Made by a program: the position numbers and the translations under genes
Assembly: GCA_964448925.1 (NCBI GenBank)
Contig: CAYUXQ010000001.1
Location: 38,405-82,140 of the forward strand
Reading direction: 5' to 3'
DNA: 43,736 nt
Source: an uncultured Candidatus Saccharibacteria bacterium
Lineage (GTDB): Bacteria; Patescibacteriota; Saccharimonadia; Saccharimonadales; UBA10212
In this document: piece by piece, positions 17,342-26,389 of the stretch
Layout of the letters: every line of letters starts with the position of its first letter
Position numbering within the stretch: position 1 is the stretch's first letter
Notes under the pieces: model-generated
What the model saw: only the letters and a program-made list of their open reading frames with translations
Databases searched by the model: none
Told to the model about the DNA's origin: nothing

Positions 17342-18208
17342 TTAGTTTAGCCCCCAATTTCCGCTACCTAACGGGCGGATATAACCTGAAATTTCAAGCA
17401 TTGTTAATGTCGAGGCAATTTCGGCGCTGTCTAGTTCAGAAGCTAGCGCTAAGTCTTCTTGGCTTGTTAAGCCTTCGGTGATTAGCTTTAACAGGCTTTT
17501 TTCTTTATTTGTACCGGCAATAACTGGTTTAGTCGGGGACGACCGTTTTTTGTAGTCGAGTGCAAACAGAACATCACTAACATTAGTGACCGGCAGGGCC
17601 CCGCTCTTTATAAGATTATTAGTGCCTTCCGAACCAGGGCTGGTGATATTGCCAGGTATTGCCATGACCGTTTTTCCCTGCTCTAGCGCAAATTTGGCAG
17701 TATGCATAGTTCCGCTACTAGCCGAGGCTTCAGTAATGAGAAGCACATCGGCCAGACCGCTGACAATTCGGTTTCGGGCTATAAAGTTTTGCTTTAGCGA
17801 GGGTGCACCCTGGGGATATTCCGAAAAAATAGTACCCCCGTTTTTTATAAGTTGGTTTGCGACACTGGCGTGACTTGCAGGGTAATATCTATCTAGCCCT
17901 CCCGCAAGAACGGCGACTGTTAGCCCGCCAACATTTAACGCTGAGCGGTGAGCAACTATATCAACACCATAAGCTAGCCCGCTAATTATCACAACTCCGC
18001 ATGTTGCCAGTTCACTGGCCAGGCTGCGAGTAACAGCTTCGCCGTAAACGCTGATTTTACGACTACCGACTACGGCAACCTTTGGTTTTTTTAACCAGTT
18101 ATCAGGGTTGCTGCCTGACCAGTAAAGTTGTTTTGGAGCATTCGGTATATTTCGAAGAATTTCCGGAAAATCCGGGTGAGTAAGCATAAGAGTATTGACA
18201 GTCGGCAT
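17342..18208 (-). CDS. dprA: DNA processing protein DprA/Smf
   Basis: VVGSRKISVYGE, GLAYGVDIVAHR and EQGKTVMAIPG motifs, plus a C-terminal winged-helix-like tail. Confidence 0.9.
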   Translation of the reverse strand: MPTVNTLMLTHPDFPEILRNIPNAPKQLYWSGSNPDNWLKKPKVAVVGSRKISVYGEAVTRSLASELATCGVVIISGLAYGVDIVAHRSALNVGGLTVAVLAGGLDRYYPASHASVANQLIKNGGTIFSEYPQGAPSLKQNFIARNRIVSGLADVLLITEASASSGTMHTAKFALEQGKTVMAIPGNITSPGSEGTNNLIKSGALPVTNVSDVLFALDYKKRSSPTKPVIAGTNKEKSLLKLITEGLTSQEDLALASELDSAEIASTLTMLEISGYIRPLGSGNWGLN

Positions 18209-18224
18209 AATATATGAAAAGGTA

Positions 18225-18253
18225 TTGACACCAGTACACTTTTTTGATAAAAT
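18225..18253 (+). promoter_or_regulatory. Sigma-70-type promoter (TTGACA-N17-TAAAAT)
   Basis: TTGACA lies at 18225-18230 and TAAAAT at 18248-18253, with a 17-nt spacer. The promoter faces away from dprA and into the ORF-poor gap. Confidence 0.45.
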
Positions 18254-18259
18254 TGCAAC

Positions 18260-18711
18260 TTGTAATCGTTCTAACGAATGAATTACGCACCTTATACCCC
18301 CATATCTAACATTTTGTTAGATTGTTTAAGAGAATTGAACAAATCATTTTCAATGAGTAGTTACCCTCCACTCGGAAGTTGATTGTTCAACTAGCCTGCC
18401 CCCTTTTGTACTTGTTAGTATAAGTCGATAGTCAGACTGTGCCTATCGATGAACTAACAATTACAACATGGGGGCAGGAATTCTTAAACAAACTAACCCC
18501 TTTAACTTTCACGTTCCCTCATTCAGTGTGGGTGAGTGAGTCCTTTTACGGATTTTCGCCAACGAGGCGATCGGCTCAAATTGTTTTTGCGTTTTCAGCA
18601 ACATTTGACGCTTCACGACAGGTGGGTTGAAGGGTGTATTTAAGGGAGGAGCCCTATGCTCGTCCCCTAAAATGGCCTCTAGCGGTGCCCACCCCCTCTA
18701 GAGGCCTTTTT
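18260..18711 (+). ncRNA. Candidate unclassified structured RNA (~450 nt transcription unit)
   Basis: The unit is bounded by the consensus promoter and an intrinsic terminator. It contains nested hairpins (ATCTAACA/TGTTAGAT; TTGAACAA/TTGTTCAA; the three-tier hairpin at 18395-18478). It has no convincing ORF and no RBS. Confidence 0.35.
18674..18711 (+). terminator. Rho-independent terminator
   Basis: GGCCTCTAG (18674-18682) pairs with CTAGAGGCC (18698-18706) and is followed by T5. On the minus strand it is followed by ATTTTA, so it may also act weakly for pth. Confidence 0.6.
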
Positions 18712-18818
18712 AGTGCCTTCACTAGCTAGTCCTTTTTAAGTTTAAAAAAGCTTACCGTACATAATGCCAAAGAGTATGTCTACTTACCTATCGGCCAAAA
18801 AAAAGCAGTTGGTCTGAA

Positions 18819-19445
18819 TTAGATTACTTTGCGGGTTTCGGAAGATAAGCCATTGCCGGTAGAAAACTCGCCGATTATGCTTACTGCCTCATTGATAATT
18901 TGCGGCAAGTGTTTATTTTCGGCGGACGAGAATTTTTTGAGTACAAAAGCAGCGTTGTCTATGATGTTGTCTTTACCAATACCAACCCGAAGTCGGATAA
19001 AGTCTTCTCCTAAGTATTCAATCAGCGATTTGACGCCATTATGGCCGGCATCGCTGCCGCCTGTTCGGGTTCTGATTTGGCCAAAGGGAATGGCTAGTTC
19101 GTCGTACACCACTAATGTATCGGCGTTTATAATACGAAAATAGCGCTGAGTTTTACTGGCTGCTTGCCCGCTAAGATTCATAAAGGTTTGAGGTTTGCAC
19201 AAGACTAACTTTGTCCCGGCTATTTCGCCAGTATTTACTATACATTTTTGATCCTTTTTATTAACCCACCCCTGAAAGTTACTATTTTTTGCGAGCTGGT
19301 CCAAAACTGTAAAACCAACATTATGCCGAGTTCCTTCATACTCTTTACCAGGGTTGCCCAGGCCAACAACTAGCAAGCTGCGGCTAGCGCCGATCCTGTA
19401 AAGTGGTGCTGTGTTACTAATTTGTTTTTTTTGGAATAGGCCCAT
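18819..19445 (-). CDS. pth: Peptidyl-tRNA hydrolase
   Basis: GLGNPGKEYEGTRHNVGF and DAGHNGVKS motifs. Confidence 0.95.
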   Translation of the reverse strand: MGLFQKKQISNTAPLYRIGASRSLLVVGLGNPGKEYEGTRHNVGFTVLDQLAKNSNFQGWVNKKDQKCIVNTGEIAGTKLVLCKPQTFMNLSGQAASKTQRYFRIINADTLVVYDELAIPFGQIRTRTGGSDAGHNGVKSLIEYLGEDFIRLRVGIGKDNIIDNAAFVLKKFSSAENKHLPQIINEAVSIIGEFSTGNGLSSETRKVI

Positions 19446-19548
19446 GAATAAAGAATAAAGGAGTGAAATAAAAGATTAAAGATTAAAAAAAATCGATAGG
19501 CTGGGTTCTACAGTGAATATCTTGCTAGTTGTTCTGTATCTTTTTGGG

Positions 19549-20898
19549 TTATCTTTCTTTGTGCTGTTCGATAAACCAAAATTTTATCGGTGTGCCCTCC
19601 ATCGGCCAGTTTTTACGGAAGTCTCTTTCTAAATACCTTTTATAGCTCCAGTGCAATAAACCTACACTAGAGCCAAAAATCTTGAAGCTAGGGATAGGGT
19701 TGCCCGCTTCGTGAGCTGTATAGCGAAGCTTTGGCTGGCTGTTTTTTAACCCAGCTGGAGGATGGTTAGTTATGGCAGTTTGCAACCATTTGTTGAGCTC
19801 GGAAGTTTTGAATAAAGTCTGGCGTGTTTTGGCAATTTGAGTGGCTAGTTCATAGAGTTTGGTTACATTCTGGCCACTTACAGAGCTTATAAAGACTAGC
19901 GGAGCCCAAGGTACAAAATCGTACTCTCGAGCAATTTGCCGAGCCAAGCGGTCTTTAGTAGTGGTTTCTTTTTCTAAGCTGTCCCACTTACTGACTACCA
20001 ATATTAAGCCTTTGCCGGCCTCCTTGATCAGGCCGGCAATTTTTTGGTCTAAAGAAACATTTAGTTCGTGGACATCCATCACAAGCATACAAATGTCAGC
20101 CTCTTCGATTGCCGATAAAGCTCGTAAGACACTAAAGTGCTCTACTCCGCGTTCGATCTTACCACTACGCCTAATGCCAGCAGTGTCAAGCAGTTGAATC
20201 TCAATCCCTCTAAATTTGATACTGGTTCGGTTGATATCACGAGTAGTGCCAGCTCGGGCTGCAACAATCGCCTGTTGTTTTTTAGACATTGCATTAAAAA
20301 GGCTACTTTTGCCAACATTTGGTCGGCCCAGAAGCCCCAACCGAATGATTTTGTCCGATTTCGTAACCTTCCCCGGCTTCAAATGCTCTTGCAAAGCCAT
20401 TACAAGCTCATTTAAACCCTTTTTCTGGGTTGTTGAAGTAAATATAAGCTGTTTGATTCCTAGGCCCAAATAGGGCGTCCTAGACGGTTTTCTCACTTGG
20501 TCGGCTTTATTTACTACCAGAATAACCGGTTTTCTTGTTTTCAGAGCCAGAGTGGCTACGCGCCGATCGTCGTCACTCAGCAAGGAGGCGGCTTCGATTA
20601 CTACCAAAATGCATTCAGCCGAGGCTGCGGCTTCGGTTATTTGCTCCTGGATAGTTAGTTCAAAGTCGTCTTCGGCGACTTTTACACCGGCGGTGTCGAC
20701 CAGCCAATAATCACCTTGGGGTGTGCTTAAGCGTGCAGCGATGCTATCTCTGGTAGTCCCGGCTTCGCGGGCGACAATTACTTCACGGCGGCCAATAAGC
20801 GCGTTAAATATGCTGCTTTTACCAACATTTGCCCGACCTACTATTGCAACAAACGGTACTTTTGGAGACATTATCTTAGCATTATACTTCGAAACCAA
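19549..20898 (-). CDS. der: Ribosome-associated GTPase Der/EngA
   Basis: Two tandem G domains (GRANVGKSS..DTAG..NKAD and GRPNVGKSS..DTAG..SKWD) plus a KH-like C-terminus. Confidence 0.95.
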   Translation of the reverse strand: MVSKYNAKIMSPKVPFVAIVGRANVGKSSIFNALIGRREVIVAREAGTTRDSIAARLSTPQGDYWLVDTAGVKVAEDDFELTIQEQITEAAASAECILVVIEAASLLSDDDRRVATLALKTRKPVILVVNKADQVRKPSRTPYLGLGIKQLIFTSTTQKKGLNELVMALQEHLKPGKVTKSDKIIRLGLLGRPNVGKSSLFNAMSKKQQAIVAARAGTTRDINRTSIKFRGIEIQLLDTAGIRRSGKIERGVEHFSVLRALSAIEEADICMLVMDVHELNVSLDQKIAGLIKEAGKGLILVVSKWDSLEKETTTKDRLARQIAREYDFVPWAPLVFISSVSGQNVTKLYELATQIAKTRQTLFKTSELNKWLQTAITNHPPAGLKNSQPKLRYTAHEAGNPIPSFKIFGSSVGLLHWSYKRYLERDFRKNWPMEGTPIKFWFIEQHKER

Positions 20899-20952
20899 TA
20901 AAACGCCCCTGTTAAATGAGGCGTTTTAATGTATCGAGCCTTTTAAATGGTT

Positions 20953-21735
20953 TTATAAGCCGCTAGGCGGTGCCGAAGGGTCGGTAGCTTGGTCTGCTTG
21001 GTCCGTTGGCGCGGTTGGGTCGGCCGTCGGTGTGGCTGAGCCAGCAGGCGGTTCAGCGACCGGTACATCAGCGTGTTCGGCTGGTGCAGCTGGGTCAACC
21101 GATGCAACCGGGTCAGCAGCTGGAGCTGGGTCACTAACAAAGCTATTTACTTGATCGTTGACTGCACTTTGTTCTTGAGCGCTTGACTGTTGGTCGTCAA
21201 CTGCCGGAGTAGCCGGATCAGCTGGCGGTGTGCTAATTGGATTAGCGCTCGGGTCAGCAGCTGGAGCTGGATTGGTTGTTGGGTTGTTGTCTTCGGGCAT
21301 TTTTTTCTCACTTTCTTCTTTAGTATTTTGTGAAGCTGATTCTTTTTTTTCATCAGTGGCTGGTTCGACAGAACCTAATACCTCTTTGATGACTCTGGCG
21401 AAATCTTCCAGCGTTACTTGAGATTTCACTAGGTACTTTACCACGCCAAGCTTTTCGCCGCGAGCTTGGTCTTCGGCCTGTCCAAGAGCCGTCATCATAA
21501 TAACCTTGGTATTGGCCATTTCTGGAGCCGCTCTTAATGTTTCCAACATTTCAAAACCCGATAGTTTGGGCATCATCACATCGGCAACAATTAGGTCTGG
21601 CTTTTCTTTCATTGCTACAACTAAGCCTTCTTCGCCGTCGCCGGCAACAACCGTGTCAAAACCTTCGGCTTGAATGCGCATCTCGAAGATTTCGCGAAGG
21701 TTATTGTCGTCTTCTACCAGTAGGACTTTGGCCAT
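20953..21735 (-). CDS. Response regulator: CheY-like receiver plus a Pro/Ala/Asp-rich low-complexity tail, with no output domain
   Basis: The receiver carries LLVEDD, the phospho-acceptor context IVADVMMP and the conserved K in YLVKS. About 140 aa at the C-terminus are PAPAADP-type low complexity. Confidence 0.85.
   Translation of the reverse strand: MAKVLLVEDDNNLREIFEMRIQAEGFDTVVAGDGEEGLVVAMKEKPDLIVADVMMPKLSGFEMLETLRAAPEMANTKVIMMTALGQAEDQARGEKLGVVKYLVKSQVTLEDFARVIKEVLGSVEPATDEKKESASQNTKEESEKKMPEDNNPTTNPAPAADPSANPISTPPADPATPAVDDQQSSAQEQSAVNDQVNSFVSDPAPAADPVASVDPAAPAEHADVPVAEPPAGSATPTADPTAPTDQADQATDPSAPPSGL
21109..21270 (-). repeat. In-frame 21-bp exact direct repeat inside the response-regulator tail
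   Basis: CGGGTCAGCAGCTGGAGCTGG occurs at 21109-21129 and again at 21250-21270. The offset is 141 bp (47 codons). Both copies encode the PAPAADP motif on the minus strand. Confidence 0.9.
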
Positions 21736-21808
21736 TTTTATCTACTTAGTTATGCTTGTGCTTATTTATGGGGTAATTGTATCATGGCTTTGGCAAATTA
21801 TTGCAACT

Positions 21809-23035
21809 TTATATAGCAGGATTGATGACTGAGGCTTGATTTTTTTGCATCTCAAGAGCCTGAGTACTAGTAAGCCTAGGCAAGTTAACATAGAAAACGC
21901 TACCTTTGCCGAGCTGGCTGGTTACCCAAATTCGTCCATTGTAGAGCTCCAATATCTTTCGGCATATAAACAGTCCTAGACCAGTCCCGCCTATAGTGCG
22001 CGTCATAGAAGAATCAACACGATAGAATTTTTGAAACAAATGTGGAATATCCTCGGCGGGAATTCCGCCACCGGTATCGGCAATCTGCATTTGGACTACG
22101 CTCGGATTACCTGTAATAGCGAGAGTAATGCTCCCTTCGGCAGTATATTTGATGGCGTTATCAACAAGATTCTGCAACACTTCACGCAGGCGGTTGGGGT
22201 CGGCAAAGGCATACAACAGCGGTCTGATTGCCTTGCCTCCAGTAACATCTTTGTTACTACTGACCACAAACTTTAGCTGAAGGCCTTTCTTTTGGGCGTT
22301 AAACCGAGCGCTGTCAGCTACCTGCTGAAAAACTTCGCCAACTTCAACCACTGTTGGGTAGCTGGCTAGTCGCCCGTCTTCGGCTTTTGAACTGGTCAAA
22401 AGGTCGGCAAACAACTCGCCCAAGTGCTGAGTAGAATTGTGGGCCTTTTCTATGTAGCTGCGAGCTCGTTTGTCCATGGTGGCGACTTTTTCATTTAAAG
22501 CAAGAGCCAAGTAGCCTTCAATAGCTGCTATCGGAGTGCGCATTTCATGGCTGGCGGTGCTGATAAATTCGCTTCGTTGTTTTTCTTCGGCTTTTTCAGT
22601 AGATATGTTACGCAGCACGCCGATTACGCTTGCAGGAGCGTGGCCATCGTTACCCATTACTGGTGAAACCAGTAGTGACACAGGAACTTGTTTATTGCCA
22701 CGGGTTGCTAGCATTGCCCGGCTGTCTCGAGCTGATTTGCCAGTGGCAAAAACCCGAGCAATAGGATGGCTGTCCGGCGGGTAGGCTTCGCCTTTTTCGT
22801 CTACTAGAGAAATGACATTGTGGTAATCCATGCCTACCGCATCATCTGCCGGCCAACCGGTTATAGCGCTGGCACCAGGGTTAAAAAGGCTAATTGTCAT
22901 GTCTTGCCCCACCAACACTACGCCGTCTTCGATAGCGCTAAGGATAAAGTCAGAGTCCAGCGCTTGACCCTTTTTACTTACGGTCAGACCGCCACGGTGC
23001 TGCTTGCTTCCATTTACGCCCTTATTCCAGAACAC
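21809..23035 (-). CDS. Soluble PAS-domain sensor histidine kinase
   Basis: No TM segment is present. A PAS-like N-terminus is followed by the H-box ASHEMRTPIAAIEGY and the HATPase N/G boxes (DNAIKYT, DTGGGI, GGTGLGL). Confidence 0.85.
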   Translation of the reverse strand: MFWNKGVNGSKQHRGGLTVSKKGQALDSDFILSAIEDGVVLVGQDMTISLFNPGASAITGWPADDAVGMDYHNVISLVDEKGEAYPPDSHPIARVFATGKSARDSRAMLATRGNKQVPVSLLVSPVMGNDGHAPASVIGVLRNISTEKAEEKQRSEFISTASHEMRTPIAAIEGYLALALNEKVATMDKRARSYIEKAHNSTQHLGELFADLLTSSKAEDGRLASYPTVVEVGEVFQQVADSARFNAQKKGLQLKFVVSSNKDVTGGKAIRPLLYAFADPNRLREVLQNLVDNAIKYTAEGSITLAITGNPSVVQMQIADTGGGIPAEDIPHLFQKFYRVDSSMTRTIGGTGLGLFICRKILELYNGRIWVTSQLGKGSVFYVNLPRLTSTQALEMQKNQASVINPAI

Positions 23036-23166
23036 TTACTGGTTCCACCTCTTGCAACGATGCCACTTGTATTAAAAATTTATCATAAAAGCTAATGGCT
23101 ATATTATCCGTTGCCCCGCCCTACATTGCAACTGCCTATGGCCGTGACGCCTTATGGCTTCTACTC

Positions 23167-23243
23167 TGGTGACCCCTACGGGATTCGAACCCGTGATCTT
23201 CTGGATGAGAACCAGATATCCTGAACCGCTAGACGAAGGGGCC
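23167..23243 (-). tRNA. tRNA-Glu (anticodon CUC), CCA encoded
   Basis: The reverse complement GGCCCCTTCGTCTAGCGGTTCAGGATATCTGGTTCTCATCCAGAAGATCACGGGTTCGAATCCCGTAGGGGTCACCA folds as a cloverleaf. The anticodon stem is TCTGG/CCAGA, the loop is TTCTCAT, and the T-loop is GGTTCGAATCC. Confidence 0.9.
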
Positions 23244-23384
23244 GCTAATTGATGTCTTGCAAACCGTTAAACAACGAGATCGCACTGACACATTTTAACA
23301 GATGTATTTCGCAGATAGCGGATTAAGTTGTGTGTTTGAATGCAGAAGATTAACAAATTAAAAAATTGTGCAGCTAAACCATGA

Positions 23385-24713
23385 CTAAGGCGTGTAACTA
23401 AGTAAGCTACTTTTCGCCAGTAATGTAACCCAGGTCTGGCCGGGGTTTAGTTTAATGTCGGCCCCGGCTGAGTCTTTAAAGGCAAATTGACTAGCTCGAC
23501 TAGTTTTGCTCCAGGAGCCAACAGTTACTCCGCCGTCTTGAAAAACATAAGCCTCGCCGCTGCCGTTTGTGTTGTAGCCGCTATGGCCAGCGCTGTCGAC
23601 GATACTGTAAGGAACCACCAACGCTATCACGACCTTAGGATGAAGTTGCTGTGGCGCGGCGTCGTTTTGAGAAGTTGTTGCCAAGTGAGCTGCACCGCCT
23701 TCACTACGCAGGTAGCTGTTAGTCGCAGCGTCGTACTCGTAATGGTTATTGTAGTAGTAGCTAGAAATATTTAAGTTGATCGATTTGGCTGTTGGAACCG
23801 CAGTAACCTTTTTTTCTACTTTGCGAGGCCAGACTTGGACATTGCTGGTAGTAAAACCCTTCTGGGCATTAAGTGCGTCTAGCTTGTCGAAGCTGGTGTA
23901 AACATTATGCGGTGCGTAACGGGTACTTACCCGCCAATAGCTACCGCTGTTGAAAAACTGGTCTAGGTCCTTCATGCCGGGCGCTCGGCTGCGGATTTGG
24001 GCAAGGGCATCGGGGCTACCACCTACATGGGCAATTGAAGCGTCAAATGGTACCGCAAAATCAATGTAATAAGGTCTCAGAGATCGCACCGGACCGACAT
24101 AGTCGGGTCTGGCTTCTTGGTAAAGAGTCAAAAAGCGAGTTATGCCACCTTCGGCAATTGCTTCAAACACCACACCTGCATCCTGTATTCCGGACTGGGG
24201 CCTGGCATCGGGGCTGTTTTCTATCATTACTCCGGTAACTGGCCTGGCAGCATCTTCAGGTGTAACCTGGGCTCCTGTTAACGGAGAGGCAACGGTAGTT
24301 GGCGGCGAAGGTGGTTTGGGGTGGTGCTTAACAATATATAGCTCTGGTTCGGAAACGCGCCAAAAAAAACTATACCCGGCAATACTGGCGGCACCTGTTA
24401 GCAGTAATAAAGTAACGAAAACCGTAATAATTTTTCGTGGTCTGCCCCATGCCCGCCACCAATCCATGGGTCTTGGTCGGTGTAGTCGCAGCCGTCTGCG
24501 GGCTTGGGCTTGTTCGGTGCTTGGTTCGTCTGGTTCTTCAGCCGGTGGCGTGTGTACTGGCTCGGTAGGTTTGGCAGCTGTTGCAAAGCCGCCCAATAGT
24601 CGCTGGCGGGCTGAATCAAGCGTGTGTCCCTGGAGTCTTTGGCTTTGTTGGGGTTTTCTGTTTTGTGGTCGTAAGTCGGACCGCTTAGGAGGCAAAATAT
24701 CTTGCATCGGCAA
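23385..24713 (-). CDS. DUF3048-like (YerB-like) membrane-anchored extracytoplasmic protein
   Basis: A disordered basic N-terminus and one TM helix are followed by PDARPQSGIQDAGVVFEAIAEGGITRFLTLYQ...RSLRPYY, which is typical of DUF3048. Confidence 0.7.
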   Translation of the reverse strand: MPMQDILPPKRSDLRPQNRKPQQSQRLQGHTLDSARQRLLGGFATAAKPTEPVHTPPAEEPDEPSTEQAQARRRLRLHRPRPMDWWRAWGRPRKIITVFVTLLLLTGAASIAGYSFFWRVSEPELYIVKHHPKPPSPPTTVASPLTGAQVTPEDAARPVTGVMIENSPDARPQSGIQDAGVVFEAIAEGGITRFLTLYQEARPDYVGPVRSLRPYYIDFAVPFDASIAHVGGSPDALAQIRSRAPGMKDLDQFFNSGSYWRVSTRYAPHNVYTSFDKLDALNAQKGFTTSNVQVWPRKVEKKVTAVPTAKSINLNISSYYYNNHYEYDAATNSYLRSEGGAAHLATTSQNDAAPQQLHPKVVIALVVPYSIVDSAGHSGYNTNGSGEAYVFQDGGVTVGSWSKTSRASQFAFKDSAGADIKLNPGQTWVTLLAKSSLLSYTP

Positions 24714-24837
24714 TTATTATAGCAAAGAAATGCTTATGTTTAATCGGTAGTAGGCATTCGAAAGTATGCTTTCGAGGTTAGCCCAACGGGTTTCTAGCCT
24801 GCCGATGGTGTGGACTTAAAGATAGTTCACCGCCAAG

Positions 24838-26295
24838 TTAATTTTCCAGCAAAGATGCAGCCTTGCTTAACCGAGGCAGTGTTTTTTCCCTGCCAAGAAC
24901 AGCGATGGTCTCGGCTAGGCTTGGACTGGCTGGCGCCCAAGTAGTAGCAACCCGAATCAAGCTAAAAAGGACTCGGGGTTTTTGCTGAGTCTGAATAAGC
25001 AAAGAATTAAGACACTGGGTAAGTGCGCTTACCGAAAAATTGGTCTGTTCGAGCGCATGCTGACTTTGCCGTAGCCAACCTGCCAGCTGGTGATTGGCGA
25101 ACTTTGTTAGCTGCTTGTTGCTTTCAATTAATTTTAAGTCTGGCTTAGGCTCTATGAAGAAAAAACTACAAAGCTCTGGCAGCTCGGCCAAATATTTGAG
25201 CCTTTCTTGGACTAAACCAAGCACCTGTTTAAGATAAGCCGTATCACTATTTGAGGCGCACTCTGGCCAAAACTTTTTAGCAACCAACATAAGTTCATCG
25301 AGAGGCATCTGGCGGATAAAATGTCCATTTGTCCAGGACAGTCTTTGTTCGTCAAAATGCGCGCCACTCCTACCCACCCTGTCTAGACTGAACTTGTCTA
25401 CTAGCTCTTGGCGGCTAAAAACTTCCTGCTCGGTACCGTCATTCCAGCCGAGTGTGGCAATAAAACTGACTAAAGCATCTGGCAAAAAACCTTCGTCAAT
25501 ATACTCCAAAACATCCTTAGCACCGTCGCGTTTGCTTAGCTTTTTCCCACCTACCGGAGCCAAAATGTGAGGCACAGTAGCCAGTTTTGGACGGACTAAG
25601 CCTAATGCTTCGTAGAGGTTCAAATAATTCGGTACGCTAGCCAAAAACTCTTGGCCTCGAATAACATGGCTTATTTGCATTTGTTCATCGTCGACTATAT
25701 GAGCAAAATTATAGGTTGGAAATCCGTCAGACTTTATTAGCACAAAGTCGTCAACAACTTCTGCTCTTGTGCCTAAGTCGCCCATGACTTCGTCATGCCA
25801 TTTGTATTCTTTTGGCTCAGACCTAAATCTTAAGGGAAGCTTGCCGAAAAAGTTGCCTTTTGGTGTCTCGGATGGTCGATGGTTAATAAATCTAAAAGGT
25901 CTGCCAGCCTGCTTGGCACCTTTTCTTAGTTTGTCTAAATCTTCAGGTAAATTAATGTCCCAATAAGCTCGATTGGACTCGATCAGTTTTTGTGCCCATT
26001 GGTGGTAAATTTCGAGTCTTTCACTTTGGCGGTATGGCCCGAATGAACCCTGCTTGTTTGGTCCTTCGTCGTAATAAAGTCCAAGCTCTTCAAGGCATCG
26101 AATAATGTGCTGCTCGGCACCCTCAACCTGCCGCTGTTGGTCGGTGTCTTCTATGCGTAGCACAAACTGGCCTCCAGCTTGCCTTGCCACCAGCCAGGTA
26201 AACAGAGCCGTTCGAATCCCCCCAACATGCATATAGCCAGTTGGGCTAGGTGCAAACCTAGTCCTGGTGGGTGTCTTTGTGTTACTTTCACTCAT
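24838..26295 (-). CDS. gltX: Glutamate--tRNA ligase
   Basis: PSPTGYMHVGG (HIGH) and KLSKRDG (KMSKS) motifs. ATG 26295 (MSESN...) is preferred over the ORF-track TTG at 26349. Confidence 0.9.
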   Translation of the reverse strand: MSESNTKTPTRTRFAPSPTGYMHVGGIRTALFTWLVARQAGGQFVLRIEDTDQQRQVEGAEQHIIRCLEELGLYYDEGPNKQGSFGPYRQSERLEIYHQWAQKLIESNRAYWDINLPEDLDKLRKGAKQAGRPFRFINHRPSETPKGNFFGKLPLRFRSEPKEYKWHDEVMGDLGTRAEVVDDFVLIKSDGFPTYNFAHIVDDEQMQISHVIRGQEFLASVPNYLNLYEALGLVRPKLATVPHILAPVGGKKLSKRDGAKDVLEYIDEGFLPDALVSFIATLGWNDGTEQEVFSRQELVDKFSLDRVGRSGAHFDEQRLSWTNGHFIRQMPLDELMLVAKKFWPECASNSDTAYLKQVLGLVQERLKYLAELPELCSFFFIEPKPDLKLIESNKQLTKFANHQLAGWLRQSQHALEQTNFSVSALTQCLNSLLIQTQQKPRVLFSLIRVATTWAPASPSLAETIAVLGREKTLPRLSKAASLLEN

Positions 26296-26389
26296 AAGCA
26301 ACAGTATATAGTCTAGAACTCGAAACCAACCAATCAAAACATAAGGCAAGCCTTTTGTTTTTGTCTTTTGATGTCGATGCCGAGGTGAG

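Noticed and set aside
18439-18630. A 63-aa ORF inside the pth-dprA gap.
   Set aside because: It has a GTG start buried in the stem of the 84-nt hairpin, no RBS or A-rich leader, and a low-complexity, atypical composition. It is more likely non-coding.
18260-18711. The structured RNA unit might be tmRNA (smpB is in the window), RNase P RNA, SRP RNA or 6S RNA.
   Set aside because: For tmRNA, I found no 5' GGGG..GGAUUCGAC, no T-arm GGUUCGA..CCACCA 3' end and no tag ORF. For RNase P, there is no GAGGAAAGUCC P4 strand and no ACAGAA..GGCUUA strand; only a loose resemblance of CAGGTGGGTTGAAGGGTG to the GGGUGAAAGGGUG region, with too little downstream sequence. No SRP GGAAGCAGCC-type motif is present. 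The class is therefore left open.
24142-24750. A 202-aa plus-strand ORF.
   Set aside because: It lies entirely antisense to the well-supported DUF3048-like gene in a GC-richer stretch, and its Ser/Gly/Ala/Cys-rich sequence has no motif. This is a typical shadow ORF.
24838-26349. The extended gltX start at TTG 26349.
   Set aside because: The extra 18 residues (MPYVLIGWFRVLDYILLL) are hydrophobic and unlike GluRS N-termini. ATG 26295 places the HIGH motif at the usual distance from the start.
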